Assembly: GCF_000143415.4 (NCBI RefSeq) | Contig: NW_003314352.1 | Span: 119,310-183,309 of the forward strand | Source: Selaginella moellendorffii | Lineage: Eukaryota > Plantae > Lycopodiophyta | Direction of reading: 5' to 3' | DNA: 64,000 nucleotides | Shown: one piece after another, positions 37,515 to 49,376 of the stretch | Layout of the letters: each line of letters begins with the position of its first letter | Position numbering within the stretch: position 1 is the stretch's first letter | The notes under the pieces: model-generated | The model's input: only the letters and a program-made list of their open reading frames with translations | Databases searched by the model: none | What the model was told of the DNA's origin: nothing | Made by a program: the position numbers and the translations under genes

Positions 37515-39556
37515 CAAGGACACAGTGCAATGACAATGCAGTTGGAGGGAATCAAGCCGGATAGAGTGACTCTGTTAACGGTTGTCGACACCTTGGATCC
37601 CTCGGCGTTGGCAGGATCACGCTCGAGAACTGGGACTTGGGGGCCTCACCAGCCTCATGAACGTTGTCATGAGAATGTACTCGAGGTCTGGGAGCTTGGA
37701 GGAGGCAGTCCGAGTGTTTGCAGCAGGGATCTAGTTTCCTGGAACACTATCATCGGAGCCTACGTACATTTTACACACTATGATAAAGCTATCAACTTTT
37801 TCCAACAATGCAGCTCCAAGGTTTTCTAACGGACAAGATTACGTTGCTAGCAATGCTCAAGGTTTGTTAAATCCAAAGTTCTTTCTCCAAAGCGAACTGA
37901 TCCATGCTGTTGTAGAGCTTGGCGAGGAGGCAGAGCTAGCCGCTGCAATCATGGGAATGTATGGCAAGTGTGGAAACCTCGGCCACAGTATTTAGCAGCA
38001 GCTCCTTCCAGCAAAGTCCGGTGACTTGGAACTCGAGGTTAGCAGCACTTAGTCAAGAGGGACAGTCGACAGAAGCTCTTGGTCTCTACAGCTGTATGCT
38101 GCTCCAAGGTGTGATGCCTGACAGAGTTACCTTCCTTGCTCTTCTCGACGTAGAAGCTCGACCGGTCGTACACGGCCATATAATCCAGCGCGGTTACGCT
38201 CGAGATTTCGTAGCCACTGCACTGCTCGACACTTACAGCAAGTGCAGGAGGCACGTTGCGTATTTCAGCCTTGGAGAAGCGCTGCCTACTTCATACTCAT
38301 GCAGCTCCAGGGTGAAGCTCCAAACAAGGTGACAATGGCTTCCGTGCTGACTGCTTGCTCGAAACTGGAACTTGAAGATGATGAACTCAAGAGAGGGATG
38401 CGGGTATACCGGTGCTGCGTCGAACTTGGACATGATCGAGAGCTCGTGGTTGGAAATGCCAGCGTCCATGCCAAGCTGGGAAAGGCCTGGACTCGCAACG
38501 TTGTCCATCCTGTCGGCCTGTGGTCAAGTCGGAGAAAGCAGAGAATGCCGGTGCCTGTTCCGAGATATGCTGCTGGAGAGCGACTCCAGACCTGACAACT
38601 ATACCTTCGTCACTATCCTCGGCGTTTGCAAGCAGAGCCGAGAGGATCTAAGCCATGGAAAGCTTCTTCATCAACTTGCCAGGGAGAGTAGCGGCAGCCT
38701 GGATCTTCTCGTCGCGACAGCCTTGGTTCACATGTACTCGGAATGTGGAAGCCTCGAGGACACGGCGACTTTCGGCACGATACAGCAGCCTGATGTGGTG
38801 TCTTGGAATGCGATGATTTCGGCCTTGTCGCACTATGGCGAAGAGTTTTCGACTTGTTCCAGCGGATGAAATACTCCAAAGTTGTTCCCGACAGCCTCAC
38901 ATTCGTTGCGGTCCTGAATGCATGCACCGCCAACTCGGAGCTCGAGCTTGGCCAACGTGTTCTCTCCGAGGCAGTCCCGGCAGGATTTGGAGCAGAAGTC
39001 GCAGCAGCCGGCATCAACATGTTTGGAAAGTGTCGAAGCCGTAGTGGAAACGTTCCTGACGCTATTGCCACACGAAAAAAGCTGGCTTGGAACGGACTGG
39101 CCACGGCGTTGGCTCACGGTGCAAGATCTAGCGAAGTGGGCCGAGTGCTCGAGCGCATGGAGCTGTCGGGCATTGATGCGGACTCGGTGACTTTCGTGAG
39201 TGTTCTCTCCACTCTGAGTCATGCCGGAGTCGTGGAGGCCCGCTGCTACCGGTTGAGCTCCATGAGCACGGGGCCGGGCTGGATTTCTGGAGGAGGCCGA
39301 GGAGATGGTGACCGTCAAACTTAGAAACAGGAGGCTGGAGCTTTCATCATCCCGAAGTAGTGGTGGCAGTGGTGATGACCCTCTCGTTGTTCTGTGGACG
39401 AGCTTCCTAGTCCATGGAGACTCGGAGCGTGGGAAGCGAACAGTGGAGAGAATTCTCGCGCGCCAGCCTGAGGACGCTGCAACATACGTCCAACGTTTTT
39501 TCTCTGGGAGGAACGTAACTTGCTTGTGTTCTTGGGTAGAACGAAAGGAGGCCTAG
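37515..39556 (+). pseudogene. Frameshifted, 5'-truncated inverted copy of the PPR gene at 55035-58444
   Basis: Near-identical peptides (MQLEGIKPDRVTLLT, LESDSRPDNYTF, SSRSSGGSGDDPLVVLWTSFL) spread over several frames with many small deletions. Confidence 0.92.
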
Positions 39557-39808
39557 TAACACTGGAAGTTAGACATAGTAACTTGTTTCCAAAACTTTTA
39601 CCTGTGGATCTATATTTCTTTCTCATGCGAATCTGCGCTGTTGCCAGTGACACCCTGCATGTACAGAGAACTCCTGACCCTGCACACACGACGAATTAAG
39701 TTTCTTAAATCCGACTACGCTACGTAATTAACTTACCACCACTGTTGAAGATAGCAGCGAAGAGATGCATCGCCACTAAAACCTCGAACTTCCAGAGGCG
39801 CTTCTCCA

Positions 39809-40971
39809 TTACCAACACTCTGATCGTGCTGCGCAAAGTCCCCAGGCACTAGAGATGTAGCCGGAGAATCCACTTCTTTGGACAAAAGTGGCTGCCAAAC
39901 AAAGAAAACAAAGAAGTTTAACGTTTGGAACTCTTATTAGAATGATCAATGGACTTACCCATGGTATTGGAAGAGAGGCTCCACCGTCGAGACAAGCTGG
40001 ACCTTGCTCGTCCCACACCATTATAAGTAGCCTGCAAAAACAAGTTCAAAACTCCATGGCACAATCTGGTAAGAAAGAGTCGTAGCACCTGAGGAAGGCT
40101 TTGATTCGCCTGGGAGAGCGCTGGAAACTTTGCTGAAAACTCCAGCTCCAGAGTATCGTCTCCCGGTGTGCAAACCAAGGTGAGCTCCGCCTCGCCACCC
40201 TCGGTGAATGCGCCATGGACGCCTCCTTCCGGCCGAAGCTGCTGCTGCTGCTGCTGCTTCCCCATTGCGAGACTCAAGCCAGATCGATGCTCCACTGCTG
40301 TCATGGTCTCGAGCTCGTTTTCGTCGAGAGGAAGATCGCTGCTCGTGAGCTCCGGTATCTCGATGACTATATAGTCACGCGCATCAAATGCGTGATCGCA
40401 GCGAGCATCGCAAAGTGAACAGCTATCCGAGTCAGGTGGATGCCACTTGACCACCTCTATCGCCATGATCTCCTTGAAGAAGATTCAGATCCGCCGGCTC
40501 ATGGCGACCAAGAGGTCACTATCGTAGCATTGATCCGCTGCCACAACCGGTGCCTCAGTATCTCCCTGTGCTTCCTCCACGGACTGGATCTTCGACTCTG
40601 GAAAATGTTAGCCCCGAAGTTTCAATCCGTCGACATGAATGAATGGACTTACTGCTCAATGATTGCCCCAGCTCGGGCTTCCGGAGCTCCTGTAGCTCCA
40701 CCACCTTTTTATCATCCGGCTGTACGAGGCTGCGACACTGCCCCTGCAGTTAACGAGAGAAAAAAAAAGGAAAGGGAGAAACAGAGAATCAAGAGTAAAG
40801 ACCCATAAAACTCACCTCGACAAGACCATCGATGTTAATAGCGAAGAAAGAGATCTCCTGGGCAGCAGCGAGGGATGTCCGCTTTGCGAGCTTCCACTTC
40901 TTGTGGACCAAGAACAGGGCAGCGAAATCCACCGCGATAACAAACGCAAAGAAGAGAAAGAAGAACATCAT
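39809..40971 (-). pseudogene. Spliced hypothetical gene with N-terminal TM segment and one in-frame TGA (40485-40487)
   Basis: MMFFFLFFAFVIAVDFAALFLVHKKW..; clean GT-AG introns keep the frame into ORF 39918-40466, but MSRRI*IFFKEIMAIE has an internal stop. Could be a null allele or sequencing error. Confidence 0.5.
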
Positions 40972-41195
40972 CTTATCTTTGAGACAAACCAAGCTTAGCG
41001 CGAGAGAGAAGAGAGAGAGCGCTTGAAAAGGCCCCCACACACACGACGACGCAGCTAAGTCAAAGAAGAAATCTTTGTCCCAAAGCCCAATCACAGACCG
41101 ACTTAGAAAATAATATGCTGAGCTGAAAGAAAATACGCAATCAACTATTTGGAGAATGCTGAGCTGCCCTTAAGCCTTTCTTAAAGTAATCACGA

Positions 41196-44098
41196 TTAAG
41201 CATCACTAATAAGTGCTCCCGTGCTTACTATGGCGATGGAGCTTCGTACCTGGTGCTTACCATCGCTCCACACCATATATCCCCAAGCGCGGCCTCCTGG
41301 CAGCGCTGGAGATGGCTGCGTGATCTTGAAGCTCACCGCGAACTGCTGCTTTTGTCCACTGCCTGAGAATGTGAGCCTCGAGGGCCACACGGAAACTGAA
41401 ACTCCCGGTGGCGGCCTCACGAACGCCTCGTAAGTTGACGAGCAGTTTGCGACGCTGGTGAGCGTCCTCGTCACGCTCACAAGGCTGTTCGCGTTGAGCC
41501 TGGCGATTCCGATCGATGGATAGTTGAAGTTGCTCACCGGTTCCTGGTGGGCGGGACACGAGAAGTTATCCTGGCCTGAGATTTTGCGGACGGTGCTGGT
41601 GTTGAACTTGAGGCTGCAGAGCAGCAGGAGATAATCCTGGGGAGCAGCGTCGTAGACCAAGCCGGGGTCCGCTGCTGCGTTGGGATCGACGTGACCCGAG
41701 CCAAAGTTGAAGGCACCGGCGACTTGAGAATCATCCGCGAGGATGAGCTGCTCGCGGTTGTCCCGAGATCTTGCTGTTTCGAGGCGATTAAGTCAGTACT
41801 ATACAAAGAAACAAGAAACTCTCACCGGTAGTGACTATAGCTGACATGATCGCAGCTGGACTCCACTCGGGATACAAAGCTTTGAGCATGGACGCGACGC
41901 CAGAGACGTGAGGACAGGCCATGGACGTCCCAGAGGCTACGACGAACTTGAGAGCTCGAGTGCTGTTGTTGGTTATGGGAGATGCTGCCTCGGAAAACGA
42001 TGCCAGGATGTTTACACCAGGAGCAGTGACGTCCGGCTGCATTTTAGAAATTGATCATGACTTGAGCAAGAAAAAATGGATAGCGACCTTTAGGATGTCG
42101 GGGATGAGCATGTTGGGCCCGCGGGACGAGAAGGGAGCCATAGTTGGAGCCGGTTTGATGCCGGTGACAGTAGTGGAAGCTGTGAGAGTTGCAGTCGGCG
42201 AGCTACAAAAGCATGTCTAGAACTTTAGCCTTTCAAGAGCATCTCGAGGACGCACCTTGACGCATTCAAGTATGCAAAGATGGCTGCGGCAGCTTCCGAG
42301 TTGACGTTGGTTGCTGGAAGGACGTGAAAAGCAGCCTGCGTTTGGCTCCCATCCGACGGGGAATTCGCCAGGATCATCCCGACGCCTCCGGCAAGCTGCA
42401 CGACTTGTCCTTTGGAGAGTTGGCTCCCCGAGCCGCGCAAGCAAACGACGATCTTCCCTTTGGCCTTCTCCGGATCCAGCGAGCCCGCATTGCACAAGAG
42501 GCTGGCGACAAGAAGCAAGCTTGCTTAAGTGGAGATGCAAAAGTTCTTTAGACTTACCTGTCGGAGGCATTGGAGGAGGAAGCCGGGATGGCACCACCGG
42601 AGATGAGAGGATACTGGTGAGCTCCATCGTCAAGCTTAAAATCGGACATACTGCTTCCCTTCGAGACACATAAGAGACGCATGAGCAAAAGATGGTATGG
42701 TAGCAAAAGAGATTACTCGGAACGTCGAGTTGTCGCCGAGAACAACCGTGGAGCAAAAGTCGCGGTCAGTGCTGCTGGCAGCAACAGTAAGGACCCAAGG
42801 TGCTACGTTGACAACGCTTCCGAAAGCTGGCCCCCCGTTTCCAGCCGAGCAAACGACAGCGATTCCCTTCTGGACAGCGTGATATGCACCGATGGATATG
42901 GCGTCCTCAAAGAGCTGCGAGAGAGGCTGCGAGCCGCCGAGCGAGAAAGTGAGAATGTCGACGCCATCCTGGATTGCGTCGTCCATCGCAGCGAGAATAT
43001 CAGCATCGTAGCAGAGAGTACCAGTCGCTTCCTTCTGCCAGCAGACTTTATAGACGGCAAGCCTCGCGAGTGGCGCTCCTCCTTTGGCTGTCCCATTGCC
43101 GAGGCCCAGGAAGCTTGCTTGCGGGACGAAGCGGCCTCCAGCTATGGAGGAAGTGTGAGTCCCGTGGCCTTTTTTGTCTCGTGGAGATTTGAAGTCCCCA
43201 GTCGAGTTCACGTTGAGAGGACCATTTTCCAGCTCGAAGCCTTTGATGTAGTACCTGGCACCGATCAACTTCCTGAAGAAACCAGCTGTTAGCTCTTTTT
43301 TTCTTCGTCATCTTTTGTAAATTAACCTGTTGCAGTGAGATGTGTTGAACGCTGTGCCACTCACACACTTCCCTTTCCATTTGCTTGGCACGGCATCGAA
43401 GCTCTCGTCGTTAAAACTTTCTGACTCGGGCCAAATTCCTTCAAGAAAAGAACTTAAATCTCTATAGTCTTCCTCGTTATTGCCATACCTGTGTCAAGAG
43501 ATCCAATGATCACATCTTTGCCGAAGTTGGATCTGCTCCACAAAGAAGACGCTGGAATCTCACCACCCTGTGACTCTAGTTGCATGAAGTCCCAGCTATG
43601 AGTTGTGTGTAGGTAGTTTTCCTTGTTCGGAAAAACGGACAAAACTCCAGGAATTCCTAGCGAGCGGTAGCAGGATTTTAGCTCAGGAGCAAAAAGAGAG
43701 AAACGTACTTGAAATGTCGGCAGCTTGCTCCGGGCGTAACTTAGCAGCAAATCCATTGAAGCCATGAGTGTAGCTGTAGAAGATGGCCCTTTGAGCAGCC
43801 CGGAGACTGGAATCCAACACAAAGCTTAGGAAATCTTGTCTCGTGTGAAGAAAAAACATTTCACCTCTGGAAGACGGGCCGCAAAATTTCTTGGTGGGAA
43901 GCAACAAGCTTCTGTTTGTCTACAGTTTCAGGACTGCTTCCAAGGTATACAATGTAGCTCTGCAAAGGGAAACAAAAAGTTGGAAAAACTATCAAATACT
44001 CTCTGTTGTACCTGTGAGGGAGACGCCGAAGATATCTCCAAGCCAAACTCGAAGCTCACTAGAACCAAAACCAGTAAAGTGGCTCTCAAGAGCTCCAT
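41196..44098 (-). CDS. Subtilisin-like serine protease (SBT5-like), multi-exon
   Basis: Signal peptide [12 protein letters not shown]..; I9 prodomain [23 protein letters not shown]; catalytic D (IIGSLDTG), H (GHGTHT) and S ([10 protein letters not shown]); PA domain; Fn3-like NYPSI. Confidence 0.94.
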
Positions 44099-44182
44099 GA
44101 ATCTCCTCTTTCACAACTGAGGTTTCTCGAGAGCTTTTCTCAAGAAAAAACCAGCGCGAGCTTTGCTTCCAAGCGAGGGATG

Positions 44183-45922
44183 TCATGATTTGCGTCGAGG
44201 AGTGATGCGTAATCCAGGAACAGGAGCTACAGGAGTTCTCTGCTGCTGCTGGTTAATGTTCGAGAGGAGGATGTAGGCCGCTACGTTCTTGGGATCCTTT
44301 TCCAGTGCCAGAGCCGCGGCCTCCCTCCCAAACTCCACGCTGTTGTGACTTGAGCAAGCTCCAAGGAAGCAGCTCCAGTCCACAACGTCGGCCTCAAAAG
44401 GCATGCTTTGGATCAAATCACTGGCATCAGTCAGGTATCCAGCTCGTCCCAGCAGATCGAGAAGACAGCAGTAATGCTGCTTGGTGGCTCTCAATCCAAA
44501 GTCTCCAACCATGGACAGGAAATACGATCTTCCATCGCGAACTTTGCCGTGGTGAGTGCAAGCCGCCAGGATCGAAAGGAAGCAAACGTGGTCGATCTTT
44601 TGCTCCGCCAGCTTGATCTCGTCAAAGAGTAGCTTCGACTCGTAAAGCTCCCTGTTGTGAGCAAACGCTGCCAGGAGCACGGAGCGGCCAACTAGGTGTT
44701 GATGTGGCATCCGACTCAGCAGCTTCTCCGCCACGTCAAGATGCCCGGCCTGGGCAATTGCTCCGAGCATTAGCGCCCACGTCGTAGCGTCCCTCTCCGG
44801 CATGGAGTGGAACGTCTGTGTTGCCTGGTCGAGTTGGCGCCACTTGGCATACACACTCAGAACGGTGTTCCAAGCTGGCAGTATTGTCTGCGGCATCTCG
44901 TTAAATAACTGGACAGCCTCCTCCAGATGTCCGGACGTGGCATATGCCGTCAACATGGAACTCCACGTCGTCAAGCTCCGCCACTCCATCCTGTCGAATA
45001 TTCTCTGCGCCTGATCCAAATGCCCAACATTGGCATATGCCGTCAGCAGTGACGTGTACGAGATAACATCGTGCTCTGGCATCGAGTTGAACAGCCGCAG
45101 TGCCGCGTTGGGCAAGCAGCTGTGTGCGTGGCACGCCAGCATGGCGTTGAACGAGCTGAGGCTGTGATGTGGCATCGCGTGGAAGAGCCTCTCGGCCTCG
45201 TCGGCGCAGTCGGCTGCCACGTTGGCCGCCAGCAGGGCGTTCCACGCCACCACGTTTTGCTCCGGCATCTGATCAAACAGCCTCTTTGCCACGTTGGCGT
45301 CACCATGGTGGGCATTTGCAGCAATGAGGAGCGTCCACGCTACCAGGTTGCGCTGGGGCATCCGGTCAAAGATTAACTTTGCTCTTACCAGGTTGTCGTC
45401 GTGGCAGTAGCCCCCCAGCATGGACGTCCACGCCACCATGTCCCTGGCGGGCATCTGTTCAAACAGACCCCTCGCTAGAGCAAGAAGCCCATTTTGGGTA
45501 TATACCGCCAACATTAGCGACCACGCGATAAGATCCCTCTCGGGCATCTCGTCGAAGACGCGCTTCGCCCTAGAGATCTGGCCGTGATGTCCGTACACCT
45601 CTAGCAGCGTGGAGAAATAGATCATATCGCGCAGTGGAGCTGTGGCAAAGAGCTCCTCCGCTTGATCCAGATGCCCATTCCGAGCAAATGCCGCGGTCAT
45701 GGATGTCCAGATGATGAGATTCCTCTCCGGCATTCCATCGAACAGCGCCTTGGCGAGATCAATCTGGCCGTCCTGCGCGAGTGCGTTGATCAACGGGGTG
45801 AAGGACAGCAGGCTCCAATACGGCATCGAATCGAAGATTTGCTTGGATAGGCGCGCGTTGCCCGATTGCGCGGACTGGGCGAGGAGCGCATTGCAGGAGA
45901 TTAGAGTGTCTGGCGGCGCCAT
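44183..45922 (-). CDS. PLS-E PPR protein dominated by 31-aa SS-type repeats
   Basis: Tandem A..LFD.MPER....W..ML..YA..G repeats, then HYCCLLDLLGRAG and the E domain WSCFLGAC..AYILLSNI. Confidence 0.93.
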   Translation of the reverse strand: MAPPDTLISCNALLAQSAQSGNARLSKQIFDSMPYWSLLSFTPLINALAQDGQIDLAKALFDGMPERNLIIWTSMTAAFARNGHLDQAEELFATAPLRDMIYFSTLLEVYGHHGQISRAKRVFDEMPERDLIAWSLMLAVYTQNGLLALARGLFEQMPARDMVAWTSMLGGYCHDDNLVRAKLIFDRMPQRNLVAWTLLIAANAHHGDANVAKRLFDQMPEQNVVAWNALLAANVAADCADEAERLFHAMPHHSLSSFNAMLACHAHSCLPNAALRLFNSMPEHDVISYTSLLTAYANVGHLDQAQRIFDRMEWRSLTTWSSMLTAYATSGHLEEAVQLFNEMPQTILPAWNTVLSVYAKWRQLDQATQTFHSMPERDATTWALMLGAIAQAGHLDVAEKLLSRMPHQHLVGRSVLLAAFAHNRELYESKLLFDEIKLAEQKIDHVCFLSILAACTHHGKVRDGRSYFLSMVGDFGLRATKQHYCCLLDLLGRAGYLTDASDLIQSMPFEADVVDWSCFLGACSSHNSVEFGREAAALALEKDPKNVAAYILLSNINQQQQRTPVAPVPGLRITPRRKS

Positions 45923-46121
45923 CGCGGAGCCCGGGCATCGCAAGAACCCTAGGTCAATCACAGTCGTCGGTTTCAAACGTATCGGGGCCGTTGTTGGACA
46001 CGCCACGAAGGGACACGAGCGCTTTGGGGCAGCTCTTGCGCGAGCGATGAATTAGGGTTCTTGGTTCTTCTTTCTGGGAGGAGCGGGAGATGATCGAGGC
46101 CTGGGGGATTTTGCGGGCAGA

Positions 46122-46316
46122 ATGGGCCTGCTACTGTGGAACAAGCTCGTCGCGACGGTCGCATCGGGGATCGCCGCGGGCGCCGTGTACGTGACCGCCA
46201 AGCTCACATTCTCGCTCTTCGTCTGGGGGCTCTACGCAGGCGCGGCATTCCTCTCGGCAAAGCTCCTGTTTGGAAGATTGAGCGGCGGCGGCGGCACTCG
46301 GCCTCCATTCTGGTAA
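46122..46316 (+). CDS. Small hydrophobic upstream ORF (64 aa unspliced) in the leader of the RING gene
   Basis: MGLLLWNKLVATVASGIAAGAVYVTAKLTFSLFVWGLYAGAAFLSAKLLF.. with GC3-rich codons. The stop overlaps a potential GT donor. Confidence 0.4.
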   Translation: MGLLLWNKLVATVASGIAAGAVYVTAKLTFSLFVWGLYAGAAFLSAKLLFGRLSGGGGTRPPFW

Positions 46317-46482
46317 AGAATCTCTCGCAAGCGCGACTCTAGGGTTCTCGTAAGCGAAGCGCCAAGATTTCTTGATGGTAAGCTCCGTAAATTTCCTATC
46401 CAGTAGCTCCAATCCGATCTTCTTGCAGGATCATCATCCACACTACTACCGAGGACGCGATGGATTGCCGCATTTCACCGCC

Positions 46483-47718
46483 ATGGACTCGCTGGATCTC
46501 AATCTCCACCTAGCGCCGCCCCCAGCAGCCGTGCATCCGGCCGCGACGCCGCCATATCCACTGTGGCAGCCATCGCGATCGGAGTTCATAGGCCACGGCA
46601 TGTTTAACTTCCAGCCTCTGCCGACGCCACAGCCGATCTGGACGAGGTTCTTCCTCGAGTATCCGCCCAGCCCCAGCCCGCCATCGCCAGGGGAGATCGA
46701 CTTTAGCAACCCGTACCATTACCACGACTACCACCACGAACACCACTCGCCCTTCTGGGGGATGGATTTCTCCGACGTTGACTCTGGGCAGGAGCTCGAC
46801 CTGGATCTCTCGCCGCTCCTCCACGACCACTTTCTCCGCGAGGAAGACGACGAGCTGGAAGCGGCATTGCTCGAAGGAGAAGAGCAGCACCATCAAGAAG
46901 ATGGCGATCGAGATCACGAGCAGGATTGGTGGGGTGCCAGGAGCAGCAGCGCTGCTACGACCACCAGATTGAATTCAAGCGGCAGAGCGACACCGGCAGC
47001 AGCAGTGGCGGCGGTGGCTGCCACTGAAGCTCCACAGTCATCGTCCTCAAAGTCTCAATATCTCCCGAGGAAGAAGAACAGCGCGTCAGCTTCTTCGCTG
47101 GATTTGAATTCCCAGCAGCACCAGCAGCAGCAGCAGGATGAAGATCAAAGCCAGGCCAAGCTACTCTGCGACGATCAAGAGCAACAGCAGCAGCGATCCG
47201 GATCCGCCAAGGAGTTCTTCTTCGATTGCAACGTTTGCTTCGATGTGGCGAGCGAGCCGGTGGTGACGAGCTGCGGCCACCTCTTTTGCTGGCCCTGCCT
47301 CTACCAGTGGCTCCACGTCCACTCCCACAATGACGAGTGCCCGGTCTGCAAGGGCGCCGTCTCGGACGCTGACGTCATACCCATTTACGGCCGCGGCGGC
47401 GACGGCGGCCCCAGCGTGGAGCGATCCTGCCCGTCCGCCAGCATATTCGCGCAGCACATCCCGCCCCGGCCGCGCGCCCGCCGGGCCGACTCGGTCCGGC
47501 TGCGCCACCCTGGCACAGACGTGGCGCTGGCGGAGATGCTGAGATGGCGGAGGTTCATGCGCATGTGGCACCAGCACACCAGCCGTCTGATGCTGGAGAG
47601 GCGTGGCGCGATCGACGGTGGGGGGCGGCCGGCGATGGTGCCCGCGTCCATGATCGACCAGCTCCATCACCAGTGGCCATACAATGTGGCCAGTACGGAA
47701 CTAGAGAGGCGGATGTAA
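46483..47718 (+). CDS. RING-HC E3 ubiquitin ligase, RMA/RNF5-like family
   Basis: FDCNVCFDVASEPVVTSCGHLFCWPCLYQWLH..ECPVCKG..VIPIYGRG..IPPRPRARR; N-terminal LDLNL motif. Confidence 0.88.
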   Translation: MDSLDLNLHLAPPPAAVHPAATPPYPLWQPSRSEFIGHGMFNFQPLPTPQPIWTRFFLEYPPSPSPPSPGEIDFSNPYHYHDYHHEHHSPFWGMDFSDVDSGQELDLDLSPLLHDHFLREEDDELEAALLEGEEQHHQEDGDRDHEQDWWGARSSSAATTTRLNSSGRATPAAAVAAVAATEAPQSSSSKSQYLPRKKNSASASSLDLNSQQHQQQQQDEDQSQAKLLCDDQEQQQQRSGSAKEFFFDCNVCFDVASEPVVTSCGHLFCWPCLYQWLHVHSHNDECPVCKGAVSDADVIPIYGRGGDGGPSVERSCPSASIFAQHIPPRPRARRADSVRLRHPGTDVALAEMLRWRRFMRMWHQHTSRLMLERRGAIDGGGRPAMVPASMIDQLHHQWPYNVASTELERRM

Positions 47719-47905
47719 GGAGAGAGCCAGGGAATATGCTTCGGGTGGATATGAAACGCCGGTTCCTATTTTGTTTTTTGAATTGGCCGGGATTTGGTGG
47801 GAAAACGAGACATAGGGTTCTTAAGAGAGCGAGGAGGAAGGATCGTCCAGGGCGCCCAGCGGTGAGTGCGTTTCTCGATCGGTTCTGGCCTGGAAAGGAG
47901 TGATT

Positions 47906-49310
47906 ATGGCTGGCGCTGGCGTCGCGAGGCAGAGCAGGCGGCGGACCAAGCCAGCTGCCGCGGCTGACACGGAGGCGGCGGCGGCGATCGAGGCCCAGCG
48001 TGCTGCTGTTGCTGCAGCTACCAATCTTCCTCTTCCTTCATTCAATTTTGCTACCAAGGAGGCGCTCCCGACCAGGACTGTGGCCGCGTCCAGGGCGAAG
48101 GCGCTCAAGGAGAAGAATGCCGCTGCCGACGCAGCGGCTCCTGCCGCTAAGAAGAACCTTCAGGGGGAGTTCCAGGATTCTTGCCAGGAGATCCGCAAGA
48201 GCTGGGAGTTTTTCTCCGCCGCCAAGGTGTTTCTCCTCCTCTTCGCGGCTGCGGGGATAAGCACCACGCTGTTGAGCCTCCGCGAGAGCGATCAAGGGCA
48301 GCTTCTCCCTGAGACGCCCACGGCAGCGAAGGTCTCGGAGGTGGAGGATTTCATGAGGAAGACGAGCAAGTGGTTGCAAGTGCAGCTGGATGTGGTGGAC
48401 GACAAGATCGGCAAGGAAGTGTCGGGCGTTCGATCGGAGCTGGAGGAGAAGCTGTCGGAGAGGACCCGGGGCTTCGAGAAGGACATTGGAAGCATCAAGG
48501 CTCAGGTCCAAAAGGTGGACAACTCGCTCAAGATGCTCTACAGCCAGGAGCTCTTGTCCAGGGAGGAGACTTTGGAGCTCGTCAAGTCGGCCATGGACCA
48601 GCGCGCTCGAGAAGGGAGTGACAAGGCCATTAGCCTGGACGACGTGCGCGCAGCCGCGAGAAAGGTGGTGCAGAGTGAACTGGAGACGCATGCCGCGGAT
48701 GGGATCGGGAGAGTGGATTTTGCTCTGGAAAGTGGTGGAGGAAAGGTGGTTCATCACTCGGACGGCTACTTCCAGGGGCTGCACTGGACCAGGCTGGGGA
48801 TTCATGTCCTCCCGGGTGTTTTTCGGAGGCACCCGATGGCTGATAGGCTTCTCCGGCCCAGCTTTGGAGAGCCCGGGCAGTGTCTGCCTCTCAAAGGCAG
48901 CAATGTGACAGTGGACATCAGGCTGCGGGCTCACATTTTTCCAGAAGCGGTGACATTGGAGCACTTGTCTAAGGTAACGCAAAAGTTGATTTTCTCTTTG
49001 TGTTTCTCGGCCTAACAGCTTGCTTTCTCAGAAAGTAGCCTATGACCCAAGAAGTGCACCCAGAGATTTCGAGATCTGTGCTTGGCGTACTGTGAAAGAC
49101 GACGTTCTCGATGCCAGGAACGTTACTTCTCTTGGGAGGTTCACGTATGATCTCGAAAAAGGAAGCATCCAGACATTCGATCTTTCCGACAAGCCGACAT
49201 CTTCAGTCAACATGATCCGGTTGCACGTTCTCTCAAACTACGGCAGTCCGACGCACACTTGCTTGTATCGGTTGCGAGTACATGGCACTGAGGACGGAGT
49301 TATGGCTTGA
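47906..49310 (+). CDS. SUN1: C-terminal-type SUN domain nuclear envelope protein (SUN1/2-like), 2 exons
   Basis: TM segment and coiled coil; HAADGIGRVDFALESGGGKVVHHS; FGEPGQCLPLKG; EAVTLEHLSK|KVAYD..SAPRDF..SNYGS..TCLYRLRVHG; intron 48974-49031. Confidence 0.92.
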
Positions 49311-49376
49311 GGAAACAGATGGGAGGCGCTTGTACAGTATGGTAGAGTTAGAGGGAGTTGCTATAGGGTTTTGGCA

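Noticed and set aside
48038-48982. Long antisense ORF (314 aa) opposite SUN, and similar shadow ORFs opposite the PPR, subtilase and NPH3 genes
   Set aside because: Expected by-product of GC3-rich codon usage on the coding strand.
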